Source of the DNA: a virus
Strand: one strand, 5' to 3'
Virus record (IMG/VR): IMGVR_UViG_3300043444_000523
Coordinates: 32,001-96,000 of that record
Length of the DNA: 64,000 nucleotides
The position numbers and the translations under genes are program-made. Positions 27,097 through 36,172 of the stretch are shown one piece after another (within the stretch, counting starts at the first letter, position 1; every line of letters starts with the position of its first letter). The notes below the pieces were generated by a model that searched no databases, was not told the DNA's origin, and saw only the letters and a list, made by a program, of their open reading frames with translations.

Positions 27097-27711
27097 ATGG
27101 TTCGTAAAATTGGAAGAATCCAGTTCCCGGTTTTTTCTGGAATCCGCTGTTTGATGCTCCCTTATATTCAAGGAGATTCAAAAAGCGTCCCGCATGAGTA
27201 TGGTCATGGATACGAATCAATACTCGACGACCTTTATGTCAGGAAAGGGGACATCGGGTTTTTGACAATTGACGAATCAATTGCTCATTCTGGATCGCCG
27301 CATCGCGGAGCGAGAGCCAAGCATGGACGGGCATTGCATACAGAGGCAGGTCGTCATCCAGACATGGTGTACGCCTGGGGTGGCGGGAATTGGGGCGGCT
27401 CCAATAGAACAACGCTGAGCAGAGATGTTAAGGTTCTCATTTCAAACAGCATCGACAAGACTTGCGCTGTTTGGGATGCAGAGCATGAAAACACTACCAT
27501 TGACGGGGACATTGGGTATTTGAGTGATCGTTATCCTTACGATTCTGCGATGTTCATGATGGCCGGTGAAGTGTACGAGATCGGAATCCTGACTCCACAC
27601 GAAAGCCTTCCAGTCAACCAAGACACAAGGCGGCAGTTTATTCGCATTGTGTCGTCTGGGGTGAATGGAAGAGAGCCGTATTTTACCAAGAACAGGCTTC
27701 TTGATTACTAG
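27097..27711 (+). CDS. Putative 2OG-Fe(II) oxygenase-fold protein
   Basis: HxE (LHTE) ... distal H (TPHES) ... R (RQFIRI) spacing. Confidence 0.45.
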   Translation: MVRKIGRIQFPVFSGIRCLMLPYIQGDSKSVPHEYGHGYESILDDLYVRKGDIGFLTIDESIAHSGSPHRGARAKHGRALHTEAGRHPDMVYAWGGGNWGGSNRTTLSRDVKVLISNSIDKTCAVWDAEHENTTIDGDIGYLSDRYPYDSAMFMMAGEVYEIGILTPHESLPVNQDTRRQFIRIVSSGVNGREPYFTKNRLLDY

Positions 27712-27718
27712 GTTGCCA

Positions 27719-27958
27719 AAGAAATAGGCGCAACTCGCGCCTATTTCCGCCTCCCCCACAGGCTGACCTTCTTTTCGTCTCTTCGGGGCGGCTCGTCTGG
27801 TATACTTGCAGGCGAGCCCCTCTGTCCCCTGCCTCCGATGCCGATCCGTGCGCCCATCGTCTGGTCTGTTCGTGATGCTCCGGTTTCTATGCCAGCTAGT
27901 GAAGCAACTCCGAAGTCGGCATGGAAGTGGGCCAGATTGAATGCGTCCATGCCGTCTG
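27719..27958 (-). repeat. Inverted, diverged copy of the terL 3' end (pairs with 30939-31178)
   Basis: 240 bp, about 89% identical by hand alignment, reading frame intact. Confidence 0.92.
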
Positions 27959-28027
27959 ACAAGCGAAAGAAACAGCACAAGTTCAAGTGCAGACGATGCC
28001 ACAAAAAGGCGTTCCTAGAAGAGCCAA

Positions 28028-28564
28028 CTACTTCGGCCGAGGCTTACTGGCCGCAATCTCAGCCTTGACATTCTTATGGCGCTCTTCCAAGGCTTTGTGC
28101 TCTGGAGAGTCGTATCGGTGCATCTGCTTCTGCAGCTTCAACCAACGGCACTCTTTGTCAGGGCTTGCAAAATCTGGGAAACTCAAGCCGTCCCACTTTT
28201 CTCCCTGTTCGGCCCTGTTGACAACCTCATCATCCCAAGTCCTGTATTGCGACTTCAGCTTTTCTTTGTCCCTGGCAATCGTTGTTGCCGGATCATGCAG
28301 CGTAGAAACAACGTAGTATGTCACGATCTTCGTGAGGCCGCCTGAACGCTTCTCGGCAACGAACACGCCGCCAGTCGGCTTGTGATACCTGTGCTCGATG
28401 TCGCTTCGGTTGTTCTTCTGAGACGGGACCATGTTCTTGTCAAGTTTTGACGACTCAAGATATGCCGAGATGATTTCTTTGGCGTCTTCGTTTACAAAAG
28501 ACGCGGCCCTCTCGACCCATCGATCATACGCATGGTTGCTTACACTGATTTTTGAACGGTCCAC
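28028..28564 (-). CDS. Hypothetical protein
   Basis: SNHAYDRWVER...IVTYY pattern seen in RelE-like phage proteins; weak. Confidence 0.5.
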   Translation of the reverse strand: MDRSKISVSNHAYDRWVERAASFVNEDAKEIISAYLESSKLDKNMVPSQKNNRSDIEHRYHKPTGGVFVAEKRSGGLTKIVTYYVVSTLHDPATTIARDKEKLKSQYRTWDDEVVNRAEQGEKWDGLSFPDFASPDKECRWLKLQKQMHRYDSPEHKALEERHKNVKAEIAASKPRPK

Positions 28565-28610
28565 AACATCCCCTTAAAAAGAATCGCCCCTGCAAGCAGG
28601 GGCATAAAGG

Positions 28611-28946
28611 TCACACCAGTTCCAGAATCCTTCGCGCCTGTTCACGCCCCATCTCGTTGACCGCACTCTTCATGGCCGCAACGTGACCGGCGTAGTCGAT
28701 TGGCCTCGGCGGATCAATTGGCCCGGTGGTATACGAAGTCACAAGGCGGAACGACTTCTTGGCTCCGTCTTGTTTTGGCTTCCCATTCTTGATGATCGAC
28801 TTGTACGTTGACACCTGAGCCAACGTGGCCTCGACACCGCTCTTGGAGCAGTATTCGACGATCTTCTGATTGTCCGTGATGCCGTCCTTGATCGCTTGCC
28901 GAACCATCCCCATCCGAGACGGCTTCTTCTCTTTTGCCTTTGACAT
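28611..28946 (-). CDS. Hypothetical basic protein, possibly DNA-binding
   Basis: GAGG RBS, Lys-rich. Confidence 0.55.
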   Translation of the reverse strand: MSKAKEKKPSRMGMVRQAIKDGITDNQKIVEYCSKSGVEATLAQVSTYKSIIKNGKPKQDGAKKSFRLVTSYTTGPIDPPRPIDYAGHVAAMKSAVNEMGREQARRILELV

Positions 28947-29021
28947 GCATACCTCTTGTTAGAAACGGGACCAAACACCATTATCATGATACTGGATGTG
29001 ACACGCCGCGTCTATAACTCA

Positions 29022-29312
29022 ACCGGGTAGCCCAACGGAAGAGGCAGCGTCGGCCTATCAGACTATCACAGGAGACTTGTAACGTCGTGCCAAGGTCATG
29101 ATCGTTTGTCGGCCTTAATGCCCTGAGATGCAGGTTCGATTCCAGCTCCCCCAGCTTATCCACAACCCTACTGGGGGATCGTCTAACGGAAAGACATCAG
29201 GCTTAACGATTGAGGGCCACAAGTGGATAAGAGCATGACCAACCTGAAAAGGCGCATCCCATCTTGAGTGATGGACTCGGACCCGGCAGACGGCTACTCT
29301 GTCGGGTCTTTT
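29022..29312 (+). ncRNA. Circularly permuted tRNA-like RNA (3' half 29122-29154 precedes 5' half 29172-29203)
   Basis: Acceptor TGGGGGA/TCCCCCA, D-stem GTCT/AGAC, anticodon stem TCAGG/CCTGA, T-loop TTCGATT; complementary flanks; terminator downstream. Confidence 0.75.
29280..29312 (+). terminator. Intrinsic terminator closing the permuted RNA
   Basis: GACCCGGCAGA-N7-TCTGTCGGGTC-TTTT. Confidence 0.75.
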
Positions 29313-29315
29313 CTA

Positions 29316-29344
29316 TTGACACATCCAGGCGTCATGCGTAGCCT
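29316..29344 (+). promoter_or_regulatory. Sigma-70-like promoter for terL (leaderless)
   Basis: TTGACA-N17-TAGCCT, ATG 6 nt downstream, no RBS. Confidence 0.55.
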
Positions 29345-29350
29345 GCTTGC

Positions 29351-31156
29351 ATGTTAAGTGCCTCCGAACTCGCCGAACTTGAAGCCTATCTCCCGCACGC
29401 CAATGAAGATGAACGTCGGAAGATCAACGAGTATCTAGTCTCCATCCGCAAGGTGGAGAACAACTTCCCTTGGGCCGCATACCGATACGATCCAATCGGC
29501 TATGCGTACAACGTCCTTGGCCTCACGTTCCTTTCCGACGATCAGAAGATTGCACTGCGAGCGGCTGTAACGCCTCCGTACCGAGTGCAAATTGACGCCG
29601 GAAACGCTGTTGGCAAAAGCCTAACCTGCGCCGTCTTGGCCTCATGGTTCTACGACTCATATGACCCAGGCTGCGTTTTCACTACGGCCCCGACGCACGA
29701 TCACGTTGTCCGCGTGCTCTGGGCGCAAATACGCTCGCTTAGGTCCAATGCCAAGATGAAGCTACCGATGGACTTCATCGGGCCAGCTGCACCTGAGATG
29801 CGATCATCGGAATATCACTTTGCAAAAGGCCTGACCGCCTCGAAAGGAGAGGCGCTCAAAGGTTCTCACTTGCAGAATATGTGCTTCATATTCGACGAGT
29901 CTGAAGCATTGCCGGTGATGTACTGGGAATCTGTTCGCACGATGTTTAAGCCGCAGCCGGGTATGCTGTGGCTATCCGTGGGCAACCCGACAACCACCAG
30001 CAGCGCTGCATTCCTTGAGTCCACTCGCACGGATGAGAACAAGAAGCCGTTCTGGCGCAACCTGCGCATGAGTGTGCTCAATCACCCAAACATCATAGCT
30101 GGTCTCCAAGGGCTTCCGCCGCCAATCCCAAACGCCGTCGATGTCGGCATGGTGGATGACTGGGTGCGACGACTATGCACGCCTCTCGATGAAAAAGAAG
30201 AAAAAAAAGCCACTGACTTCCAGTGGCGAGGAAGATGGTATCGGCCAAGCGGTGAAGCCGAGACGGTCATTCTCGGCTGTCGCCCGTCAACAGGAGCATC
30301 CGGCGTTTGGTCAGACTCGCTCTGGGAAGCCTGTTGCCATCTCGATTTGCCGTTCCCAATCGATCAACCACCCGAACTTGGCTGTGACGTGGCCAGAGTC
30401 CTTGGTGGCGATGATTGCGACATTCACGCACAATGGGGCGGCAACTCTCTCGCCCATGACTCTGCCAATGGCCGCTCTATACCAGCTACCATCGCTCGTC
30501 TCAAAGAGATGGCCGAAGAAGTATGCGAGTTTGCCAACGCCAAGAGAAAGGAACTTGTGGCCACTGGCAAATACTCACCCGAAGAACTCTCCAGGGCTCA
30601 AATCCACAAGCCGTGGGTTCCCAAAGAAATACCTGTCAAGATCGACGATTGCGGCATCGGCAACGTCATCACCGACTTTGCAGACGGCTGGAACTTCATC
30701 CCAGTCAACCCAGGCTGGGCTGCAAAGCAAGACCTACGTTATCCCAACGTCCGAAGCGAGCTGTGGTTTGAGACCCAGGAGAAGGCCATACTGTTCGGCC
30801 TCAGCATGAAGCACCTGTCTGAAGATGATCAGCAGATGCTGCGTATCCAATCCTTTGCGCCAAAGTGGGAGTTGGATGCTAGACGCCGACGAGTTGTTGA
30901 GAGCAAAGAGGACACAAAGAAACGACTTGGCCGCTCGCCAGACGGCATGGACGCATTCAATCTTGCCCACTTCCATGCCAACTTTGGCGTGGCCTCATTG
31001 GCAGGCATCGAAACCGGAGTATCACGAACAGACCAGACGATGGGCGCACGAATCGGCATCGGCGGCAGGGGACAGAGGGGCTCGCCTGCGAGTGTTCCAG
31101 ACGAGCCGCCTAGAAGAGACGAGAACAAAGTTACTCTGTGGGGGAGGCGGAAATAG
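29351..31156 (+). CDS. terL: Terminase large subunit
   Basis: Walker A (AGNAVGKS), Walker B (FIFDE), coupling motif VGNP, nuclease LGCDVAR...SPDGMDA. Confidence 0.93.
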   Translation: MLSASELAELEAYLPHANEDERRKINEYLVSIRKVENNFPWAAYRYDPIGYAYNVLGLTFLSDDQKIALRAAVTPPYRVQIDAGNAVGKSLTCAVLASWFYDSYDPGCVFTTAPTHDHVVRVLWAQIRSLRSNAKMKLPMDFIGPAAPEMRSSEYHFAKGLTASKGEALKGSHLQNMCFIFDESEALPVMYWESVRTMFKPQPGMLWLSVGNPTTTSSAAFLESTRTDENKKPFWRNLRMSVLNHPNIIAGLQGLPPPIPNAVDVGMVDDWVRRLCTPLDEKEEKKATDFQWRGRWYRPSGEAETVILGCRPSTGASGVWSDSLWEACCHLDLPFPIDQPPELGCDVARVLGGDDCDIHAQWGGNSLAHDSANGRSIPATIARLKEMAEEVCEFANAKRKELVATGKYSPEELSRAQIHKPWVPKEIPVKIDDCGIGNVITDFADGWNFIPVNPGWAAKQDLRYPNVRSELWFETQEKAILFGLSMKHLSEDDQQMLRIQSFAPKWELDARRRRVVESKEDTKKRLGRSPDGMDAFNLAHFHANFGVASLAGIETGVSRTDQTMGARIGIGGRGQRGSPASVPDEPPRRDENKVTLWGRRK

Positions 31157-31805
31157 GCGCGAGTTGCGCCGATTTCTTCTTATCAAGCATCTCAGTCAAA
31201 TGCTTCCGAATGGCCGAATTTTGGTCATCGCATTGCTTATTGTAATCGAACAAGTCTTCGGGACTGTTGAAGAACATCCTGCCTACCAGTCGTTGGTCTT
31301 CTACGCGGAATCTGTCGTCTTTGTCAATGAAGCAGAACTCTTTCTCTGATGAAGCCACCAGCCTGAACTGGTTCCCATCGCTATCAAACACCGTCATGTT
31401 CACGCCAAACACGCAACCAGGATGCTCAGGGTCAGGAAACTTTTCACGAGCGTCTCGAATGTCTTTTGCCGACAGGCAGACCTCGGTATTGTGATAAACA
31501 AGCACAATCGTCTTCAGTTTGCCCCAGTCCAAGACGGCCTTGTACCGTATCGATTCATAGTCTTCGCCGAAGCCCGTGTACGTAAAGCCATAAGCGGCCC
31601 CGACGCAGTTGTCGTCATAGAAGACAATCTCGCCGGAGAACGGAACCTGATCGCCGTCAAGCGACAGGCCACGCTCCATTTCAATCCAATATGTCTCAAG
31701 ATGGCAACCAAGGCTCTTCGTCTGGTACTGATGGCGCGCATCCTTGATGAAGTTCGCCTTCTTCGGCAGCGGCGCAGTGCAGATGATCGTGTCATACATT
31801 CCCAT
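31131..31805 (-). CDS. Hypothetical phage protein (MGMYD...YQTKSL type)
   Basis: Common phage motif, GGAGG RBS. Confidence 0.6.
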   Translation of the reverse strand: MGMYDTIICTAPLPKKANFIKDARHQYQTKSLGCHLETYWIEMERGLSLDGDQVPFSGEIVFYDDNCVGAAYGFTYTGFGEDYESIRYKAVLDWGKLKTIVLVYHNTEVCLSAKDIRDAREKFPDPEHPGCVFGVNMTVFDSDGNQFRLVASSEKEFCFIDKDDRFRVEDQRLVGRMFFNSPEDLFDYNKQCDDQNSAIRKHLTEMLDKKKSAQLAPISASPTE

Positions 31806-32127
31806 TCTTGGCCTCCTGTTCTTCAATCAAAGCCACAGCTTTCTTCAGGCAGTCAAGGCAAATGTCTGGTATTGTGTTGGTGGGGTCCATTGCTTCGCCA
31901 ATTTCGACTGCGTACAACGGCGTGCATCCGCACTCATCGCATAAAACCTCAGTCCATGCTTTGTTCCCGATAACACAGTCAATCGCATCGGGATCAAGAT
32001 TGTCTCCTACTGGCTTGAGCGATTCCAGTTTTTGCAATTTATCCTGGAAATGCGAGGCTGAGCGGAATTGATTGCGCCATCTTTGGGCAGCAGTGTTTGC
32101 CAGAATTTGCCGCGTAATCAGTCTCAT
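31792..32127 (-). CDS. Hypothetical protein with CxxC pairs
   Basis: CDEC, CLDC; RBS. Confidence 0.55.
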   Translation of the reverse strand: MRLITRQILANTAAQRWRNQFRSASHFQDKLQKLESLKPVGDNLDPDAIDCVIGNKAWTEVLCDECGCTPLYAVEIGEAMDPTNTIPDICLDCLKKAVALIEEQEAKNGNV

Positions 32128-32128
32128 G

Positions 32129-32668
32129 TCATTTCCTCTCGTTTTGCTCTTGAGCGTAGTTGTCGTCCTGGCCCTGTCGTTGTTCCAGTGCCGCCACGCG
32201 GTCCTGAAGCTGCTGGACAAGCATCTTCACTTTACGGATGCTGCCTGGTCCTCCGTCTGAGTATGTGCCTTCGACGGTCAACGGTATTGCAGCAGCAATC
32301 CCATTAACGGAATTAACCGGCATCCAGTTCGCACTGAAGTCTTCAAGCCCCATGAAGCTCAGTTCTCCCGTCCTGTCAATCACATACTCGACTTCTTTGA
32401 AAATCTTTTTGACTGTTGCCAATGTGGCCAAAGGGCCGTACCTGTTGACGTACCGCCCGCCGACGACAACCTCGTCCGGTTCTGGCGGCGCGTCGGACTT
32501 GAGGGTCATCTCTTTGATTGTTTTTACGCTGAATGGCACTAGGCTTCCGCCGTGTCCAATTGTTTTCATCACCGCAACCGGCGTGCCATCTTCATAGCTA
32601 TCGAGATGGACGACAAGCCGATCAACTCGGCTATCCGACCACACTTGCCCTACTTTCACTTCGGTCAT
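32129..32668 (-). CDS. Hypothetical protein
   Basis: AAGGAG RBS. Confidence 0.55.
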   Translation of the reverse strand: MTEVKVGQVWSDSRVDRLVVHLDSYEDGTPVAVMKTIGHGGSLVPFSVKTIKEMTLKSDAPPEPDEVVVGGRYVNRYGPLATLATVKKIFKEVEYVIDRTGELSFMGLEDFSANWMPVNSVNGIAAAIPLTVEGTYSDGGPGSIRKVKMLVQQLQDRVAALEQRQGQDDNYAQEQNERK

Positions 32669-32910
32669 GGCTCGCTCCTTTTTTCGTCTGCGCAAATTGA
32701 AACCGCCATTACAGCCGACCCAAACAAAATCGCAAAAAGCAGTATCCCAGCTACAATGCCCATTATCGACCAGGGATTCCCTGTTGTGTTTCCGCCTCCA
32801 ATTCTAACCCACTCTGGCCCGTTTATATGCACATACTGGCACACCAGAACAACAGACACAGACGCCAAAGCCCAGGCGATGATGGTGAACACTAAACGAA
32901 GCGTCTTCAT
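32665..32910 (-). CDS. Small two-helix membrane protein
   Basis: Two hydrophobic segments. Confidence 0.5.
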   Translation of the reverse strand: MKTLRLVFTIIAWALASVSVVLVCQYVHINGPEWVRIGGGNTTGNPWSIMGIVAGILLFAILFGSAVMAVSICADEKRSEP

Positions 32911-33210
32911 GACTGCCCGCCTTTCAGTTCTTGGAGGGCCACTTCGAGCCAGATGATCATGATTTTCCGTAGGTCATCCCAGGTAATTGCCGACAAGCGA
33001 TCTCTGTCGATCATTGATCTCTACAGAGTATCGTTATACCTGTCATGCATTTGCTTGAATACTGATCTTGCTTTCAAAAAATCACCTGTCAAAATCATGC
33101 TTGCAAAAATCTGCATGTCCTTGCAGCACTTCATGACATCATCTTGTGAAACTAAATTAGGAACCTCTGGCTTCTTCATGTTGGCCAACGACGGAACAGA
33201 CGCAACCATG

Positions 33211-33594
33211 TTAAATCTCCTGGATGTCAATACCGAACACAGCACGCATCAACTTGTACTTGATCCGGTAAGCACGGTTCTTCCTGGTGATCGCCGACTT
33301 CACATCCTCAACGACTTCACGGCCGTCTACTGTGCGCTTATATCTGAAGTCTGCGATGAAATCGCAGACATGGACGCCGTTGACCTCGATACGGTACTTC
33401 ACCTGCCGATCAAGTTCGTAAATAGCCCCGGCTGCAAGCATATTTTGCAACTGCTGCCAGCGGGCAAATTCCTTCTTGCTGTCGAAGCCGTTGGTTTTCA
33501 CGTTGCCGTACTTCGGCCTCTTCTTTTTGCCGCCGCTTTCGGTCAGTCGGCCTTCACGGCGAGCACGCTCAAGACCTGCACGAAGAGATGCCAC
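33211..33594 (-). CDS. DUF1064-like PD-(D/E)XK endonuclease
   Basis: KYGN...FDSKKE..R...ADFRY...VVEDVKS...YRIKYKL. Confidence 0.85.
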   Translation of the reverse strand: MASLRAGLERARREGRLTESGGKKKRPKYGNVKTNGFDSKKEFARWQQLQNMLAAGAIYELDRQVKYRIEVNGVHVCDFIADFRYKRTVDGREVVEDVKSAITRKNRAYRIKYKLMRAVFGIDIQEI

Positions 33595-33596
33595 GG

Positions 33597-34187
33597 CTAT
33601 TCCTCCAGGGCTTTGTACAGACCAGCGATCCACTTGTTGGCACTGGTAACTGACTCAATGTGCTTGTCCCTTGATTCTTTGGCCGACGCAACATCCTTCT
33701 CAAGTCTCGCTATTTCGGCCTGCTTCCATTCTTCGGCAGGCACAACGCTTGGCACGTCCATCTTGAAACAATAGCAATCGAAATCGATGGACTCCTTTAG
33801 CTGCTTGATCATGAACTCCTTCAGACCCTTGTATTCATCGGGGCAAGGCCACATCATAACCTTCCCAAGCATGGCAGAATACCGACCATACTCAAGACGC
33901 TTCCTTAGTATGTATTCTTGGTTTTTGGCAATGAGCGATGCAATCTCTCTCTGCTGAGCATCGAGGATGTCCTTCTCACTCATAGCCTTGGCCGCTGCAA
34001 GTTCTGACTCGTCTTCTTCCACGATCTTTTGGTAGTAATCGCTCGGTTCTCGCTCCTTCGGCGGCTGGTCAAAAGAGTCGTCCCGCTGATGCATACACGC
34101 GCCCATCCCTCTTGCGCACTGCAACGCAAACTCCCTGAGAGTCGTCACCTTGCCTTCTTGAACCTTGCAAGTGTATCCTGTCGGCAT
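33597..34187 (-). CDS. Hypothetical phage protein (MPTGYT type)
   Basis: AAGGAG RBS, common phage N-terminus. Confidence 0.7.
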   Translation of the reverse strand: MPTGYTCKVQEGKVTTLREFALQCARGMGACMHQRDDSFDQPPKEREPSDYYQKIVEEDESELAAAKAMSEKDILDAQQREIASLIAKNQEYILRKRLEYGRYSAMLGKVMMWPCPDEYKGLKEFMIKQLKESIDFDCYCFKMDVPSVVPAEEWKQAEIARLEKDVASAKESRDKHIESVTSANKWIAGLYKALEE

Positions 34188-34224
34188 AGCAAGTCTCCTT
34201 GGGTGTGATGAATCGTGTTATGCC

Positions 34225-34252
34225 ATTGTACTACATCGCCAGAACTTGGCAA
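34225..34252 (-). promoter_or_regulatory. Sigma-70-like promoter
   Basis: TTGCCA-N16-TACAAT upstream of the 34187 gene; a 23-bp palindrome lies just upstream of the -35. Confidence 0.5.
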
Positions 34253-36172
34253 CAAGATTCCAGAATCCATAATCGGCGCATTTCGCGCCTATTAGTTAGG
34301 AGAGCCTAATGGCCAAAAGCGGTCGTCAGATGATTGGTAGATGGACCGTGTGCTTTATTCCTGCAAGGTAGCCGAAGCACCTTGAGAGAAGCGGTCAACA
34401 GACACTCAGGATTCCACGCAAAGGCCATTCAAAAAACAATCATGGTTTCAGAATTACTGAACTTGCAGTCCCAGGTTGTCAGCATTGGACAGGGCCTGGA
34501 AATTGGTTGATTGGTTTTGAATGTGAACCGCCGACCCCACGGAAGGTCGGGTTCCTGCTGGTGGATACGCACAGCGGCTTGTGAGCCGTTGTGCTGCAAC
34601 CGATTTGCCGCTCGTTTGGTTTGATTGGCTGAATTGGCTGCACACGCCGCCGATATGGGCGGCTCGCTGGGCCGATGGACCCCGGCTTTCGGAGAACCAC
34701 TCCAGACCGCTCCTGGGCTTCAGTCACCCTGGGCAGCGATGGGATTAGATTAAAGTGGCTGCTTTTTTCGGCCCAAGAATCCTTCATGTCGCCTTCTGGC
34801 AAACGAGCTTTTTCCCACTAGACAGAAATGCTGAACGTGCTACACTAACACTGTCAGCTTTGGTAGTGGCCACCGGGTGCTCGTAAAACAACCCGGTGGC
34901 CACGTCTTTTTACCACATCCGCCAAGCATGTCAACGCAAAATCATCTTGGCTTTTTGGATTTGTTCTTCTTGGTTGCCAGCATCAGCGACTTGCGAGCTG
35001 CACGAAATTCCCGTTTGTCTCGGCATTGCTGCTGGTACAGGCCTTCAGGATCGTGGACATGGCAGAACCATTTGCCGTTTCGAACTCGGTCTGCGTGGAT
35101 AGGGCAATCCAGGCCCTTTGTTGTGGTCGCTGAGCATTGCATAATCATCTCCTGTACTTCGCTGCTCGCCGTCTTGATGCTCCTCTGCCGTTTCTTCCAA
35201 GGATGCACTTGTTGAAAGTGCATCTATTCCCGTACCTGTCATCCTTCTTGATCGGCCAGCCTTCCTCAAGGAACCTTGTCAGCACCATAAACTCCCAGCC
35301 GTGTTTAGTTACAATGCTGTAGTTCGGCTTGTGAATCGAAACCTCGCACCGCGAAACCTCAGAGTCCATTGTTGCGCGATGCTCTTTCCACTTCGTTTCG
35401 CCAGCACGGCGAACGAACCCAGGAGTTCCAGCATTGATCTTTAGGCCACGCATATTTTCAGGGTAGTGTATTCTTACACACCATTCAAGACATATCTAAA
35501 GAATATGATAAGCCTACAGGAACGGGAAGCGCGCAAGAACCCCTGGTTATTGGGGGTTCCTGCGCTTTCGCAAGCCGTACAGTATACGGTATAGCGGCGT
35601 AGCACAAGCAACTTCAATCATAGACGAGCTATGACGCCGGACCAATCCGGTTGAGGACGTGCTTGATTAACCTCATCCTCGGAGGTTTAGTGTTTAGCCA
35701 CCTCCCGTTGCCTCTGCGTTGGCCAGAGGGCTTAATTCCCTATCGAGATTCAGGCGGATGCCCGCCAAAGTCGTCGCATACTGGCCTTGTGGCCAAGCCC
35801 TGGGCAAAGACAAACCACCCAGGACGGGCAGATCGGTTCCCACGTTTCCTGTGGGACTGGCTTCGTGAACCAAGGGCGGTATAAGCCCTCACCGTCTGGT
35901 CGCTGCACTTCCTGACTACGGCAGCAAAATCGTATTCCCAATTGTCCCCGCAGGGCGGCTAGGGAGCCGAATTTTCTCATTCAGGGAGTTTTCAATCGTT
36001 TTAGGGGTTGCCACCGAGACGTGCATCTGTTAAGGTGCATTTGTCTCACAGCAGCCGCGTTGCTTGTGAACCAGTGCCCCGGAGTGTTAAGCTCGCGGGG
36101 CACAATTCATTTACACAGCATAACACACTTCCAAGCCATTGCAACACAATTCAACGGAATTCTTCCCCATCG

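Noticed and set aside
29022-29312. Two-piece tmRNA or permuted group I intron
   Set aside because: It has a true D-stem, no G3-U70 pair and no tag ORF before the terminator; CAGACTA/TTGTCG resembles P7 but no P8 or P4-P6 core could be built
27719-31178. terL duplicate as a diversity-generating retroelement template/variable repeat pair
   Set aside because: Differences are not adenine-specific, are mostly synonymous, and no reverse transcriptase is in the window
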